Assembly (NCBI GenBank): GCA_963721795.1
Contig: CAVRLT010000014.1
Coordinates: 23,972 to 87,971 of the forward strand
From: an uncultured Actinomycetes bacterium
GTDB lineage: Bacteria; Actinomycetota; Thermoleophilia; Gaiellales; Gaiellaceae
Length of the DNA: 64,000 nt
Direction of reading: 5' to 3'
Below, one piece after another: positions 55,515-64,000 of the stretch. Under the pieces are notes generated by a model that was not told where the DNA came from, did not search any database, and was given only the letters and a program-made list of their open reading frames with translations. Numbering within the stretch: the first letter of the stretch is position 1; each line of letters opens with the position of its first letter. The position numbers and the translations under genes are program-made.

Positions 55515-56318
55515 TTAGGCGCCGAAGTCGAGAGTGCCGTCGCGCCGTCCGCGCGATGCGAGCCGGTTGAAGCTGAGGAGCGCGGCAGTCATCCAGCCGA
55601 TCCCGACAGCCAGCTCGAGCGCGGCGTAGCCGAGGATCTCGGACGACGGGGCACCCTCGAACACGCCGCGGATCCCGAGGAGTCCGTTCGTCAGCGGGAG
55701 AAGATGCGCGACCAGCTCGAGCGCATCGGGGAAGTAGTCGAGCGGGACGTTGACCCCGCACACGGCCATCAGCGAGACGTATGTCGTGACCACGACCAGG
55801 CTGTTGATGCTGCGGTAGCGGAATACGATCCCGGCGAGGAAGGTCCCGAAGCCGTACGACGCCAGCGCGATGAGAAAGGTCAGCGGCACGACCGCGAGCA
55901 CGCGCGGCATCGGGAGATCCATGCCGAAGAGCGGGCCGGCGACGAAGAGCGCTCCGAGCGCGCTGAGAGCGCCGTCGATCGCGAGGTACGAGCCCCGTGA
56001 CGAGAACACGATCACAGGGCTCGAGGGGCTCGCGACGAGAAGGGAGAGCGTTCCGGTCCACCGCTCCGAGGAGGTCATGTTCAAAGAGAAGACCCCGACC
56101 TGCGCCGCGATGAGCAGCGCATTGCCGATGAGCAGGTAGTACGTCTTCTCGTCGTCGCCGATCCGCTCCCCGATGAAGGCGAAGAAAGCGACCTGGGCGA
56201 GCACTCGCACGTACCAGCCGGCGAGCCAGCTCTTCCAGGTGAAGATCGCGCGGTAGTCCGCGAGACCCGCACGGAACGCGTGGCGCATCACGTTGACCGT
56301 GCTCGCGAGGGTCGTCAC
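55515..56318 (-). CDS. ABC-2-type transporter permease
   Basis: This is a multi-TM protein of about 267 aa. Its GTG start at 56318 overlaps the stop of the upstream permease (GTGA). Confidence 0.75.
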   Translation of the reverse strand: MTTLASTVNVMRHAFRAGLADYRAIFTWKSWLAGWYVRVLAQVAFFAFIGERIGDDEKTYYLLIGNALLIAAQVGVFSLNMTSSERWTGTLSLLVASPSSPVIVFSSRGSYLAIDGALSALGALFVAGPLFGMDLPMPRVLAVVPLTFLIALASYGFGTFLAGIVFRYRSINSLVVVTTYVSLMAVCGVNVPLDYFPDALELVAHLLPLTNGLLGIRGVFEGAPSSEILGYAALELAVGIGWMTAALLSFNRLASRGRRDGTLDFGA

Positions 56319-57082
56319 GCTGTCGCCAGCTCGCCGTTCGCACGCATCTTCCGAAGCACGTAGTGGAGGATCACCCGGCCGATCGCGAAGCTGATTGCTC
56401 CCAGGAGCACAACGGTGCCCAGGCGCTGCCAGAAGTCGTCGATCGGAGCCTCGTTGACGCTCGCGCGCAGGAGATCCGAGCTCCAAGAGACGAACAAGAC
56501 GGTCGAGATCGGGTGCACCCAGTCGGGGAGGAGCGCGACAGGGACGAAGACGCCCCCGAGGAGGTAGAGCGGGAAGCTGGTCGAGTTCGTGAAGGTGTAC
56601 GCATTCCGGGTCATCACGAGCAGCGCCGAGAACGTCACCGCCAGTCCGGCCATCGCGACTGCCGTGAGAGCGAGCGTGACGAAGAGCTCGAACGGGTGCT
56701 CGAGAGGAATCGAGACCCCGAAGACGAGCTTCGCCACGATCCAGACCTCGACGAACGACAGGAGGCCGAAGCACATCAGCAGCATGATCCGCCCGAGCAG
56801 GAACGACGCGAGGCTCGACGGCGCCGCGACCATCGGCTCGAGAAGCGCCTGCCAGCGGTCCCCGGCCATCACCGTCCCGGCGTGCTGTAGCGCGACCCAG
56901 AGCAGGGTCATCAACACCGGCGCCATCAGCGCGTCCGCGGTCAAGTCGTCTCGTCCGCTCTGGCGGACGATCGCGAGGAAGATGATCGCGAACAGCGGCG
57001 CAGTGAAGAGGGGCATGAGCGCATCGGGGCTCGAGCGCACGATTCGGAGCTCGAGGCGGAAGCCCGCGGCGAACGCCTTCAT
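56315..57082 (-). CDS. ABC-2-type transporter permease
   Basis: The protein starts at ATG 57082 ([23 protein letters not shown]...), which overlaps the ATPase stop (ATGA). It has six predicted hydrophobic segments. Confidence 0.75.
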   Translation of the reverse strand: MKAFAAGFRLELRIVRSSPDALMPLFTAPLFAIIFLAIVRQSGRDDLTADALMAPVLMTLLWVALQHAGTVMAGDRWQALLEPMVAAPSSLASFLLGRIMLLMCFGLLSFVEVWIVAKLVFGVSIPLEHPFELFVTLALTAVAMAGLAVTFSALLVMTRNAYTFTNSTSFPLYLLGGVFVPVALLPDWVHPISTVLFVSWSSDLLRASVNEAPIDDFWQRLGTVVLLGAISFAIGRVILHYVLRKMRANGELATA

Positions 57083-58029
57083 ACGTCCATCCCGCGCTCG
57101 CCGATGAGCTGGACGTAGACCTCCTCGAGGCTCGGCAAGCTCGTCCTCACGGAAGTGACGCCCGCTGCGACGAGGCGCTCCAGCACGAGCTGCGAGACGC
57201 CCTCCTCGTCGACCTCGATGCGCGTCCCGGCACCGTCGACCGCCGAGACGCTCGAGACTCCGGGCAGCGCTCGGAGGTCCGCGAGCACCTCCTCCGAGGC
57301 GCCTTCCACGTCGATCCGCTGGAAGCGCGACAGCACCTGGCCGAGAGTCCGCGGAGACTCGGTCGCAATGATCTTCCCGCGGTCGATGAGCGTGACCCGG
57401 TCGCACACCATCTCCGCCTCGACCATGTCGTGCGTCGCGAGCAGGATCGTGCGACCTTCGTTACGGAGCTCACCGATCAGCGTCCGGAACTCGCGGGCCG
57501 CGAGCGGGTCCATGCCTGTGGTCGGCTCGTCGAGGAAGAGCACCTTGCCGTCGCCGATCAAGCCGCGTGCGAGGTGCAGGCGCTGTTTCATGCCGCGCGA
57601 GTACTCCTCGACCCGCTCGTCCGCCTTGTCCGCCAGGCCGACTCGCTCGAGCAGGTATTGCGAACGTTCCTTCGCCCCGCGGGCGGAGAGCTTGTAAAGC
57701 GCACCCCAGTATTCGAGGTTCTGCCTCCCGGTGAGGCGCCAGTAGAGGCCGCGTTCCCCTCCGAACACGATGCCGATCAGCGGTCTCACCGCTTGGGTGT
57801 CGGCGACCACGTCGTGACCGAGGACTCGCGCCTTTCCCGACGTCGGCAGCAGCACCGTCGAGAGGATCTTGACCAGGGTCGTCTTGCCGGCGCCGTTCGG
57901 GCCGAGGAGGCCGTGGATCTCGCCGCTCGGCACGCTCAGGGAGACGTCGTCGAGCGCGACGACGCGGTTCGCGCTGCGCCGGCGCGGCTCGAAGACGCGC
58001 GTGATCTCCTCGACCTCGACGGCCTCCAT
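57079..58029 (-). CDS. ABC transporter ATP-binding protein (DrrA-like exporter ATPase)
   Basis: The start is ATG 58029. It has a Walker A motif (GPNGAGKTT), a signature motif (YSRGMKQRL) and a Walker B motif ([12 protein letters not shown]). The longer track ORF is discounted. Confidence 0.9.
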   Translation of the reverse strand: MEAVEVEEITRVFEPRRRSANRVVALDDVSLSVPSGEIHGLLGPNGAGKTTLVKILSTVLLPTSGKARVLGHDVVADTQAVRPLIGIVFGGERGLYWRLTGRQNLEYWGALYKLSARGAKERSQYLLERVGLADKADERVEEYSRGMKQRLHLARGLIGDGKVLFLDEPTTGMDPLAAREFRTLIGELRNEGRTILLATHDMVEAEMVCDRVTLIDRGKIIATESPRTLGQVLSRFQRIDVEGASEEVLADLRALPGVSSVSAVDGAGTRIEVDEEGVSQLVLERLVAAGVTSVRTSLPSLEEVYVQLIGERGMDV

Positions 58030-58068
58030 CCTCGAGGAGCCGATTCTACGCCTGCATAGACTGATCGC

Positions 58069-58539
58069 ATGATCGCAGGCACGCGGAGCTTCGAGCTCGT
58101 CGTCAACGGCGAGCGGCACTCGCTCGAGGTCGAGCCGCGGACGCTGCTCGTGCACGCGCTGCGGAACGACTGCGGTCTCACCGGCACCCATGTGGGCTGC
58201 GACACGAGCCAGTGCGGCGCGTGCACGGTTCTCGTGGACGACCGGGCGGTGAAGAGCTGCACGATGCTGGCGCTTCAGGCAGAGGGCGCGGAGGTGACGA
58301 CGATCGAAGGCCTGGCCCGGGACGGCGAGCTGCATCCGCTACAGCGCGCGTTCGTCGAGCATCACGGGCTCCAGTGCGGCTTTTGCACTCCCGGGATGAT
58401 CCTGACGGCGCACGATCTTCTCTCCCGCGACCCGTCTCCCGACGACGCGACGATCCGCCGCGCGATGCGCGGCAACCTCTGCCGCTGCACCGGCTACCAG
58501 ACGATCGTGGACTCGGTTCGCGCTGCGGTGGGCGCATGA
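58069..58539 (+). CDS. (2Fe-2S)-binding small subunit of a xanthine-dehydrogenase-family molybdenum hydroxylase
   Basis: The 156-aa ORF has two Cys clusters: [12 protein letters not shown] and QCGFCTPGM...CRCTGY. Confidence 0.92.
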   Translation: MIAGTRSFELVVNGERHSLEVEPRTLLVHALRNDCGLTGTHVGCDTSQCGACTVLVDDRAVKSCTMLALQAEGAEVTTIEGLARDGELHPLQRAFVEHHGLQCGFCTPGMILTAHDLLSRDPSPDDATIRRAMRGNLCRCTGYQTIVDSVRAAVGA

Positions 58540-59339
58540 TCGCCGCACCGTTCGAGCATCGGCGCGCAACGTCGCTCGACGACGCCCTAGCAGCACTCGC
58601 AGACCCGGATTCGAAGGTGCTCGCAGGCGGGCAGTCGCTCCTCCCGGTGCTGAAGCTGCGCGTCGTCCGGCCGAGCGTGCTCGTGGACATCGGCAGCCTC
58701 GAGCTTCGCGGCGTACGCGTGGACGGGGACGAGGCTCGCATCGGCGCGCTCACGACGTGGGACGAGCTCGCCCGCGCGCGCGATCTGAGCCAAGAGCCGC
58801 TCGCCGCCATCTCGGACTGCGCGGCCGAGGTCGGCGACCTGCAGGTTCGCAACCGCGGCACGGTCGGCGGGAGCCTCGCCCACGCCGACCCCGCATCCGA
58901 TCTCCCAGCGGTCGTGCTGGCGCTCGGGGCCGAGCTCGTCGTGCGAGCGGCGAGCGGCGAGCGGCGAGTCGCAGCCTCGGACTTCTTCCAGGGGCCCTTC
59001 TCGACTGCCCTCGACCATGGAGACCTCATCACCGAGATCGTCTTTCCCGTGGTGCCCGGGGCCGGATCCGCGTACGCCAAGGTCGAGCACCCTGCCTCGG
59101 GATTCGCCCTGGCTGGCGCCGCTGCGCTCGCGCGGCCGAGAGGCCCAGCGAGCGTGGCCGTCACGGGCGTAGGTGGGCAAGCCTTTCTGCTCCCGGCCAA
59201 CGAGGAGCCGATCGAGGCCCTTGCGGCTGCGGAGATCTACGGCGATCGCTTTGCGCCGGAGGAGTACCGCCGTCATCTCGCCGGGATCGTCGTCGGCCGA
59301 GCGCTCGAGCGCGCACGCACACGTATGGAGGAGCGCTGA
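58536..59339 (+). CDS. FAD-binding medium subunit (CoxM/XdhB-like)
   Basis: ATG 58536 overlaps the small-subunit stop (ATGA). Motifs are [14 protein letters not shown] and [15 protein letters not shown]. Confidence 0.9.
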   Translation: MIAAPFEHRRATSLDDALAALADPDSKVLAGGQSLLPVLKLRVVRPSVLVDIGSLELRGVRVDGDEARIGALTTWDELARARDLSQEPLAAISDCAAEVGDLQVRNRGTVGGSLAHADPASDLPAVVLALGAELVVRAASGERRVAASDFFQGPFSTALDHGDLITEIVFPVVPGAGSAYAKVEHPASGFALAGAAALARPRGPASVAVTGVGGQAFLLPANEEPIEALAAAEIYGDRFAPEEYRRHLAGIVVGRALERARTRMEER

Positions 59340-61627
59340 CCGAGAGCGTCATCGGAGTCGCGCGCCCGAGGCAGGACGCGCCCGACAAGGTCACGGGGGC
59401 AACCCGCTTCGCGGCGGACGGGCACGTGCATGGGCTCCTCCACGGCCGGCTCGTGCTCTCGACGGACGCGCACGCGCTGATCCGGAGCATCGATCGCGAC
59501 GAGGCTCTGGCGCTGTCCGGAGTCGTCGCCGTCCTCGTCGCGGAGGATCTCCCGATCACGGCGTCCGGCTCCGACCGGACCGCCGAGCCGCTCGCGCGCT
59601 CCGAGGTCGTCTTCGCGGGACAGCCGGTCGCGCTGGTGGTCGCCGAGTCCGAAGCCGCGGCGGCCGATGCGATCGAGCTGATCGCGGTCGAGTACGAGCC
59701 GCTTCCTACCGTCGTGGACGTCGAGGACGCGATGCTGCCGGGTCGCGCGCTCGCCCGCGTCGTGGAGGACGCCGAGAGCGGAAGCGACCTGGAGTCGATC
59801 CATGCGAGCGTGAGCAAGGGCGAGGAGAGCGAAGACGAGGAGCAGCTGTCCGGGAACGTCCTCGACACCGTCCGCCGCAGCTCGGGCGATGCCGCCGCGG
59901 TGCTCGAGTCGAGCGACGCGGTCGTGTCGGGGACGTTCCGAACACCGTGGATCTACCAGGCGTACATCGAGCCTCAAGTCTCCACCGCGTGGCTCGAGCC
60001 GAACGGCGTGCTCGTCGTCTCGACGAGCACTCAGGGGACGTTCGTGACCCAGCGAGAGCTCGCGCGGGCGTTCGGTCTCCCGCTCGAGCGCATCCGCGTC
60101 ATCGCCGAACCGCTCGGTGGCGCGTTCGGCGGGAAGTTCGCGCTGATGGAGCCGCTGGCCGCGGGGGCCGCCCTCGCGCTCGGGCGGCCGGTGCGGGTCG
60201 TCTTGACGCGAGCGGAGGACTTCCAGGCAACCAACCCCGCATCGGCGCAGATCACGCACCTCCGGATCGGCGCACGAGCGGATGGGACGCTCACGGCGAT
60301 CACGGGCCGCATGATCGTCGACCGCGGCACGAACGCAGGCTGGGGTGTCGAAGGAGCCAGCTCCCTCCTCGTCGCCGGGCCCTACCGGTGGGAGGCTCAC
60401 GACCTCCGCGGCTACGGCGTGCAGACGAACCGATTCACGTTCGGCGCGTACCGCGCCCCAGGGGCGCCGACCGCGGCCTTCGCGGTCGAGTCGTTGCTCG
60501 ACGAGCTGGCGGAAGTGCTGGAGATCGACCCCGTCGAGCTGCGGCTTCGGAACGCCGTGGTCGAAGGCGATGTCGGCATCAGCGGGAACAGCTTCCCGCG
60601 GATGGGCGCGGTGGAGGTGCTGGAACGCATCCGGGAGCACGAGCTTTGGCAGAAGCGCAACTCCTTGCCGGCAGGAGAGGGCATAGGCATGGCGGCGGGC
60701 TACTGGGCCGGGGGCATGGAGCCGGCCTCGGCCGTCTGCCGCGTGAACCAGGACGGCACGATGACCGTGATCACGTCCGCGGTGGACATGAGCGGCGTCA
60801 ACACCGGGTTCGCCACCATCGTCGCGGAGACGTTCGGCCTCTCACCGGATCAGATTCGGGTGGTCTCCGCCGACACGGCCACGGGCCCGTACTCGGGAGC
60901 AAGCGGCGGCTCCAAGATCACGTACACGGTGGGCGCGGCCGTGCTGCGCGCGGCGGAGGCGGCGCGCGAGAAGCTCCTCGCAGCGGCCTCGGAGGAGCTC
61001 GAGATCGCACCGACGGACCTCGAAGTAGTGGACGGGGTCGTGCGCGCCGTGGGCGCGCCGGATCGCTCGATCACGGTCGCGGAGATCTCGGGGAAAGCAC
61101 TTCGCTTCGGCGGTCGCTACGAGCCGATCGAGGGGCACGGCGGCTCCGCGCAGAGGCGTGCCGCTCCCGCTGTCGCCGCTCACCTTGCCCACGTCCGCGT
61201 CGATCGCGAAACGGGGGAGATCGAGCTCCTCGCTCACGCGATCGCACAGGACGTGGGGAGAGCGCTCAACCCGGCCCTTGTCGAAGGCCAGATGCGCGGC
61301 GGCACTGCGCAGGGCATCGGCTGGGCGCTGTTCGAGGAGCTCGTGCACGACGAGAGCGGCCAGTTGCTGACGGGGTCGTTCATGGACTACGCGATCCCGG
61401 TCGCAGATCGCGTTCCGAACATCGACACGCTCATCGTGGAGGTGCCGTCGCCCGACGGCCCCTTCGGGGCGAAAGGAGTCGGCGAGGCACCCGTGATCGC
61501 GGCGGCACCTGCGATCGCGAATGCGGTCGCGGCAGCCACCGGGCTCCGCCTGCGTGAGCTGCCGATGTCGGCGCCCCGTGTGTGGGCGGCGCTGAGCGCA
61601 GGCGTCGAGGGGGATTCGCGCAAGTGA
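59336..61627 (+). CDS. Molybdopterin-binding large subunit (xanthine dehydrogenase / aldehyde oxidoreductase family)
   Basis: Motifs are [31 protein letters not shown] and GAKGVGEAP. The active-site loop is not the AYxCSFR loop of true CO dehydrogenases. There is no ATG/GTG/TTG near the family N-terminus. A CTG at 59336 overlaps the upstream TGA (CTGA). Confidence 0.88.
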   Translation: MTESVIGVARPRQDAPDKVTGATRFAADGHVHGLLHGRLVLSTDAHALIRSIDRDEALALSGVVAVLVAEDLPITASGSDRTAEPLARSEVVFAGQPVALVVAESEAAAADAIELIAVEYEPLPTVVDVEDAMLPGRALARVVEDAESGSDLESIHASVSKGEESEDEEQLSGNVLDTVRRSSGDAAAVLESSDAVVSGTFRTPWIYQAYIEPQVSTAWLEPNGVLVVSTSTQGTFVTQRELARAFGLPLERIRVIAEPLGGAFGGKFALMEPLAAGAALALGRPVRVVLTRAEDFQATNPASAQITHLRIGARADGTLTAITGRMIVDRGTNAGWGVEGASSLLVAGPYRWEAHDLRGYGVQTNRFTFGAYRAPGAPTAAFAVESLLDELAEVLEIDPVELRLRNAVVEGDVGISGNSFPRMGAVEVLERIREHELWQKRNSLPAGEGIGMAAGYWAGGMEPASAVCRVNQDGTMTVITSAVDMSGVNTGFATIVAETFGLSPDQIRVVSADTATGPYSGASGGSKITYTVGAAVLRAAEAAREKLLAAASEELEIAPTDLEVVDGVVRAVGAPDRSITVAEISGKALRFGGRYEPIEGHGGSAQRRAAPAVAAHLAHVRVDRETGEIELLAHAIAQDVGRALNPALVEGQMRGGTAQGIGWALFEELVHDESGQLLTGSFMDYAIPVADRVPNIDTLIVEVPSPDGPFGAKGVGEAPVIAAAPAIANAVAAATGLRLRELPMSAPRVWAALSAGVEGDSRK

Positions 61628-62769
61628 CCTCGATCGAGCGGGCACGAGCGATCGTGGACACGTACGAGAAGGAGCTTCGCTTTGAGATTCCCGAGAACGC
61701 GTATCTCTTCGACGCGCACACGCACCTCGGAGACGACATCGACGGCATGCAGAGCCGGTACGAGGAGCTGACGGCCGGGCTCGAGCGCTACCGGTTCGCG
61801 GGCGCGTTCGTGTTCTGCCTGGACGAGCCGGATCGCGAGCCCGGCTTCTGCGTTCCCAACGACCGGACGCTGGCGCACGCAGCCCGATCGAACGGGCGCC
61901 TTGTCCCTTTCGCCCGCCTCGATCTCACCGCGAGCCCGCTGGAGGAGGCACGTCGCGCGCTCGATGCCGGAGCACGGGGGATCAAGCTCCACCCGCGCGC
62001 GCAGGCGTTCGCGCTCGACGACGAACGCCTCGGGCCGATCTTCGCGCTCGCCTGTGAGCGCGGCGTTCCGATCCTCATCCACGGGGGGCGGGGGCTTCCC
62101 CCGATCGCCGCGCACCTCGAGACCCTCGTCAGACGGAACGACGGCGTACAGCTGATCGTCGCGCACGCGGGGATCGCCGACATGGCGGGACTCGCGGGGC
62201 GACTCGGTGGGATACCCGGAGTGTTCTTCGACACCTCCGTCTGGAGCGCGCTCGACCTCCTCGACCTCTTTCGCCAGGTCCCGCCCGAGCAGGTCGTGTA
62301 CGCATCCGACTACCCGTACGGACGCCAGCCGAACTCGCTGCTCGTGTCGATCCGGTCTGCACGACTCGCCGGCTTCGATGACGCCCGGCTCCGCGCGATG
62401 CTGGGCGAGACCGCTCGTGGGATCGTCGAAGGAGCACGACCGCCGGCGCTCACGACACCGGTCGGAGCACCGTCGCTCACGCAACCCCTGACGTTCGCCC
62501 GCATCCACCAGTACATATCGATGGCCGTCCCGATGCTCTGGCTACGCCAGCGGGATGCCGTCGGCGCGCTCGGGCTGGCCGTAAACGCATCGCGAGAACG
62601 CGACGGGCACGCGGAGGAGTCCGAGCGCATTCAGGAGCTCCTGTCGACGGCAGGCGATCTCTGGCGGGAAGGCGGCGAGCTTGCCGAGGACGACCGCGTC
62701 AAGACGATGCGGGCCGCGATCCAGCTCGTCAACCTCGCCGACCTGATCGCGGTCACTACCCGCGCGTAG
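61624..62769 (+). CDS. Amidohydrolase-2-type metal-dependent TIM-barrel hydrolase with about 120-aa C-terminal extension
   Basis: GTG 61624 overlaps the large-subunit stop (GTGA). Motifs are FDAHTHLG, GIKLHP, LIVAHAG and ASDYPYG. Confidence 0.75.
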   Translation: MTSIERARAIVDTYEKELRFEIPENAYLFDAHTHLGDDIDGMQSRYEELTAGLERYRFAGAFVFCLDEPDREPGFCVPNDRTLAHAARSNGRLVPFARLDLTASPLEEARRALDAGARGIKLHPRAQAFALDDERLGPIFALACERGVPILIHGGRGLPPIAAHLETLVRRNDGVQLIVAHAGIADMAGLAGRLGGIPGVFFDTSVWSALDLLDLFRQVPPEQVVYASDYPYGRQPNSLLVSIRSARLAGFDDARLRAMLGETARGIVEGARPPALTTPVGAPSLTQPLTFARIHQYISMAVPMLWLRQRDAVGALGLAVNASRERDGHAEESERIQELLSTAGDLWREGGELAEDDRVKTMRAAIQLVNLADLIAVTTRA

Positions 62770-64000
62770 TTCCGCGCACGGCGTACAGCCGGCGCGCGCC
62801 CTCGAGTCCCTTCAATTCGTACTCGCCGCGATCCTCGAACTCGATGCCGGATCCAGCTACGAGATCGCGCGTCGTGGCGCTCACGAGAACTTCACCGGCA
62901 CCTGCAGACGCCATGACGCGAGCGCCGAGGTGCAGGGCGATGCCTCGCGGTTTGTCACCGGCGCGACGCTCGACCTCCCCAGTGTGTACGCCGGCCCGCA
63001 CGTCGAGCGTCAGAGCCTCGAGCGCCTCGCGGATCGCGACCGCGCAACGAATCGCCCGCGCGGGGCCGTCGAAGATCGCGAGAAACCCGTCTCCGGCGGT
63101 GTCGATCTCCTCCCCCGAGAAGCGCACGAGCTGCAAACGGACAGCCTCGTTGTGCGAGCCTAGAAGTGACGCCCATGCTGCGTCGCCGATCGACTCGGCG
63201 TACTTCGTCGAGCCGACGAGGTCCGTGAACAGCAGCGTCGCGAGCACGCGATCCGATGTCGGCGCGGGACGCACACCGGTCAGGAACTCCTCCACCTCGT
63301 CGACGATTTCGTCCGGATCGGCTGCCGGTACATGCTCGCCTCCCGAAAGCTCGACGAAGTGCGCTCGGGGAATCTGGTCGGCGATATACCGCCCTTCATC
63401 GATCCTGGAGTCGAGATCCCCGGTGCGGTGCAGAACGAGCGTTGGGCACTGCACCGCCGAGAGCACATGGCGCACGTCCGCCTGCGAGTTCATCAGGATG
63501 AGGTCGCGAGCGGCGGCCGGGCTGAGCGAGGCCCGACCACGGCGCTGGAACCAGGCAGCTTCCTGCGGGCCGGCACCCGGCCACATCGTCGACAGATCGA
63601 CGTTTTCGCCCCACGTCTCCTCCAGCTCGTGGGCGACGCTGAGGCGCTCCTCCCACGTCGGCGCCCACGGGTAGTCGTCGCTTCGCAGTCGCTTCGCGTA
63701 GGTTCCGTACAAGACGAGGGCGCGCGTCCGCTTCGGGTACGAGGCGGCGAAGAGAACGCTCATCGGCCCGCCTTCCGAGTACCCGAACAGCGCGGCCTGC
63801 GTGCTTCCCACCGCGTCCATCACCGCACGGACGTCGTCCATCCGCGTCTCGAAGTCGGGAAGGCCGACGCCGCGGTCCGAAAGCCCTGTCCCACGCTTGT
63901 CGAACGTGACCAGTCGTGCGAATGCCCCGAGCCGCTCGAGGAAGTGGGCATATGCAGGGAGCTCCCAGTCGATCTCGAGATGGGAGAAGAACCCGGGGAC
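62756..64000 (-). CDS. Alpha/beta-hydrolase + class III adenylate/guanylate cyclase fusion protein (N-terminus beyond window end)
   Basis: The frame is open to position 64000 (VPGFFSHLEIDWELPAYAHFLERLGAFARLVTFDKRGTGLSDR...). The hydrolase part has FGYSEGGPMS. The cyclase part has VLATLLFTDLVGSTKYAESIGD, TAGDGFLAIFDGPARAIRCA and GEYELKGLEGARRLYAV. It is intact within the window. Confidence 0.88.
   Translation of the reverse strand, partial: VPGFFSHLEIDWELPAYAHFLERLGAFARLVTFDKRGTGLSDRGVGLPDFETRMDDVRAVMDAVGSTQAALFGYSEGGPMSVLFAASYPKRTRALVLYGTYAKRLRSDDYPWAPTWEERLSVAHELEETWGENVDLSTMWPGAGPQEAAWFQRRGRASLSPAAARDLILMNSQADVRHVLSAVQCPTLVLHRTGDLDSRIDEGRYIADQIPRAHFVELSGGEHVPAADPDEIVDEVEEFLTGVRPAPTSDRVLATLLFTDLVGSTKYAESIGDAAWASLLGSHNEAVRLQLVRFSGEEIDTAGDGFLAIFDGPARAIRCAVAIREALEALTLDVRAGVHTGEVERRAGDKPRGIALHLGARVMASAGAGEVLVSATTRDLVAGSGIEFEDRGEYELKGLEGARRLYAVRGTTRG

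Noticed and set aside
59173-61557. 794-aa and 455-aa ORFs overlapping the Mo-hydroxylase large-subunit gene in other frames or on the other strand
   Set aside because: The translations are Arg/Gly-rich and low-complexity. The in-frame large subunit has all family motifs.
1-64000. tRNA, rRNA, integrase, prophage or IS elements with terminal inverted repeats
   Set aside because: Reading all intergenic regions longer than 40 nt revealed no tRNA-like T-arm/acceptor patterns, no rRNA-like segments and no integrase or phage structural genes. The only transposase-like gene is the solitary RAYT-like gene at 50413.

Overview
This is a very GC-rich (about 70% by eye), densely coding chromosomal segment. 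Its gene content looks actinobacterial: KorAB 2-oxoacid:ferredoxin oxidoreductase, a PAC2 proteasome-assembly protein, CtaA, a SenX3/RegX3-like two-component pair beside pstS-pstC, and glutamine-dependent NadE. The taxonomic placement is inference only. I can support about 60 protein genes. They cover phosphate uptake, acetate and fatty-acid metabolism (two AMP-forming CoA synthetases, thiolase, FadB), a xanthine-dehydrogenase-family Mo-hydroxylase operon, several peptidases (M16, M24, M28, M32), DNA-repair glycosylases, an ABC-2 exporter, MFS transporters and many small regulators. Many neighbouring genes are coupled by ATGA/GTGA/TTGA start-stop overlaps. I recognised no rRNA, tRNA, CRISPR array, prophage or integrase. 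Six things stand out. (1) An XRE-HTH/TPR regulator is followed 14 nt later by a 31-codon hydrophobic pre-peptide ORF. Upstream lie an inverted-repeat operator and a divergent consensus promoter that drives an apparently non-coding, roughly 180-nt structured RNA. This looks like an RRNPP/Rgg-style peptide-signalling cassette in an unusual phylogenetic context. (2) A family of 23-24-nt perfect palindromic REP-like elements (GGGGTCTGGC-N4-GCCAGACCCC and a TCAGGC variant) occurs at gene ends, sometimes supplying C-terminal codons and stop codons. A solitary frameshifted RAYT/IS200-like Y1 transposase gene is also present. (3) Single-base frame disruptions are very frequent in otherwise well-conserved genes, and they cluster in blocks. 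Some occur as compensating pairs. These could be assembly indels or real decay, so I label such genes pseudogene in the annotation-convention sense only. (4) There are three class III nucleotidyl-cyclase domains: a 1185-aa double-zinc-ribbon/cyclase/STAND-ATPase/TPR protein and two paralogous alpha/beta-hydrolase-cyclase fusions. (5) There is a Cys-type selD with no other selenium-utilisation genes in view. (6) The arsR gene appears to be leaderless, with its promoter and operator readable directly. All coordinates for frameshift junctions are approximate (within about 15 nt).
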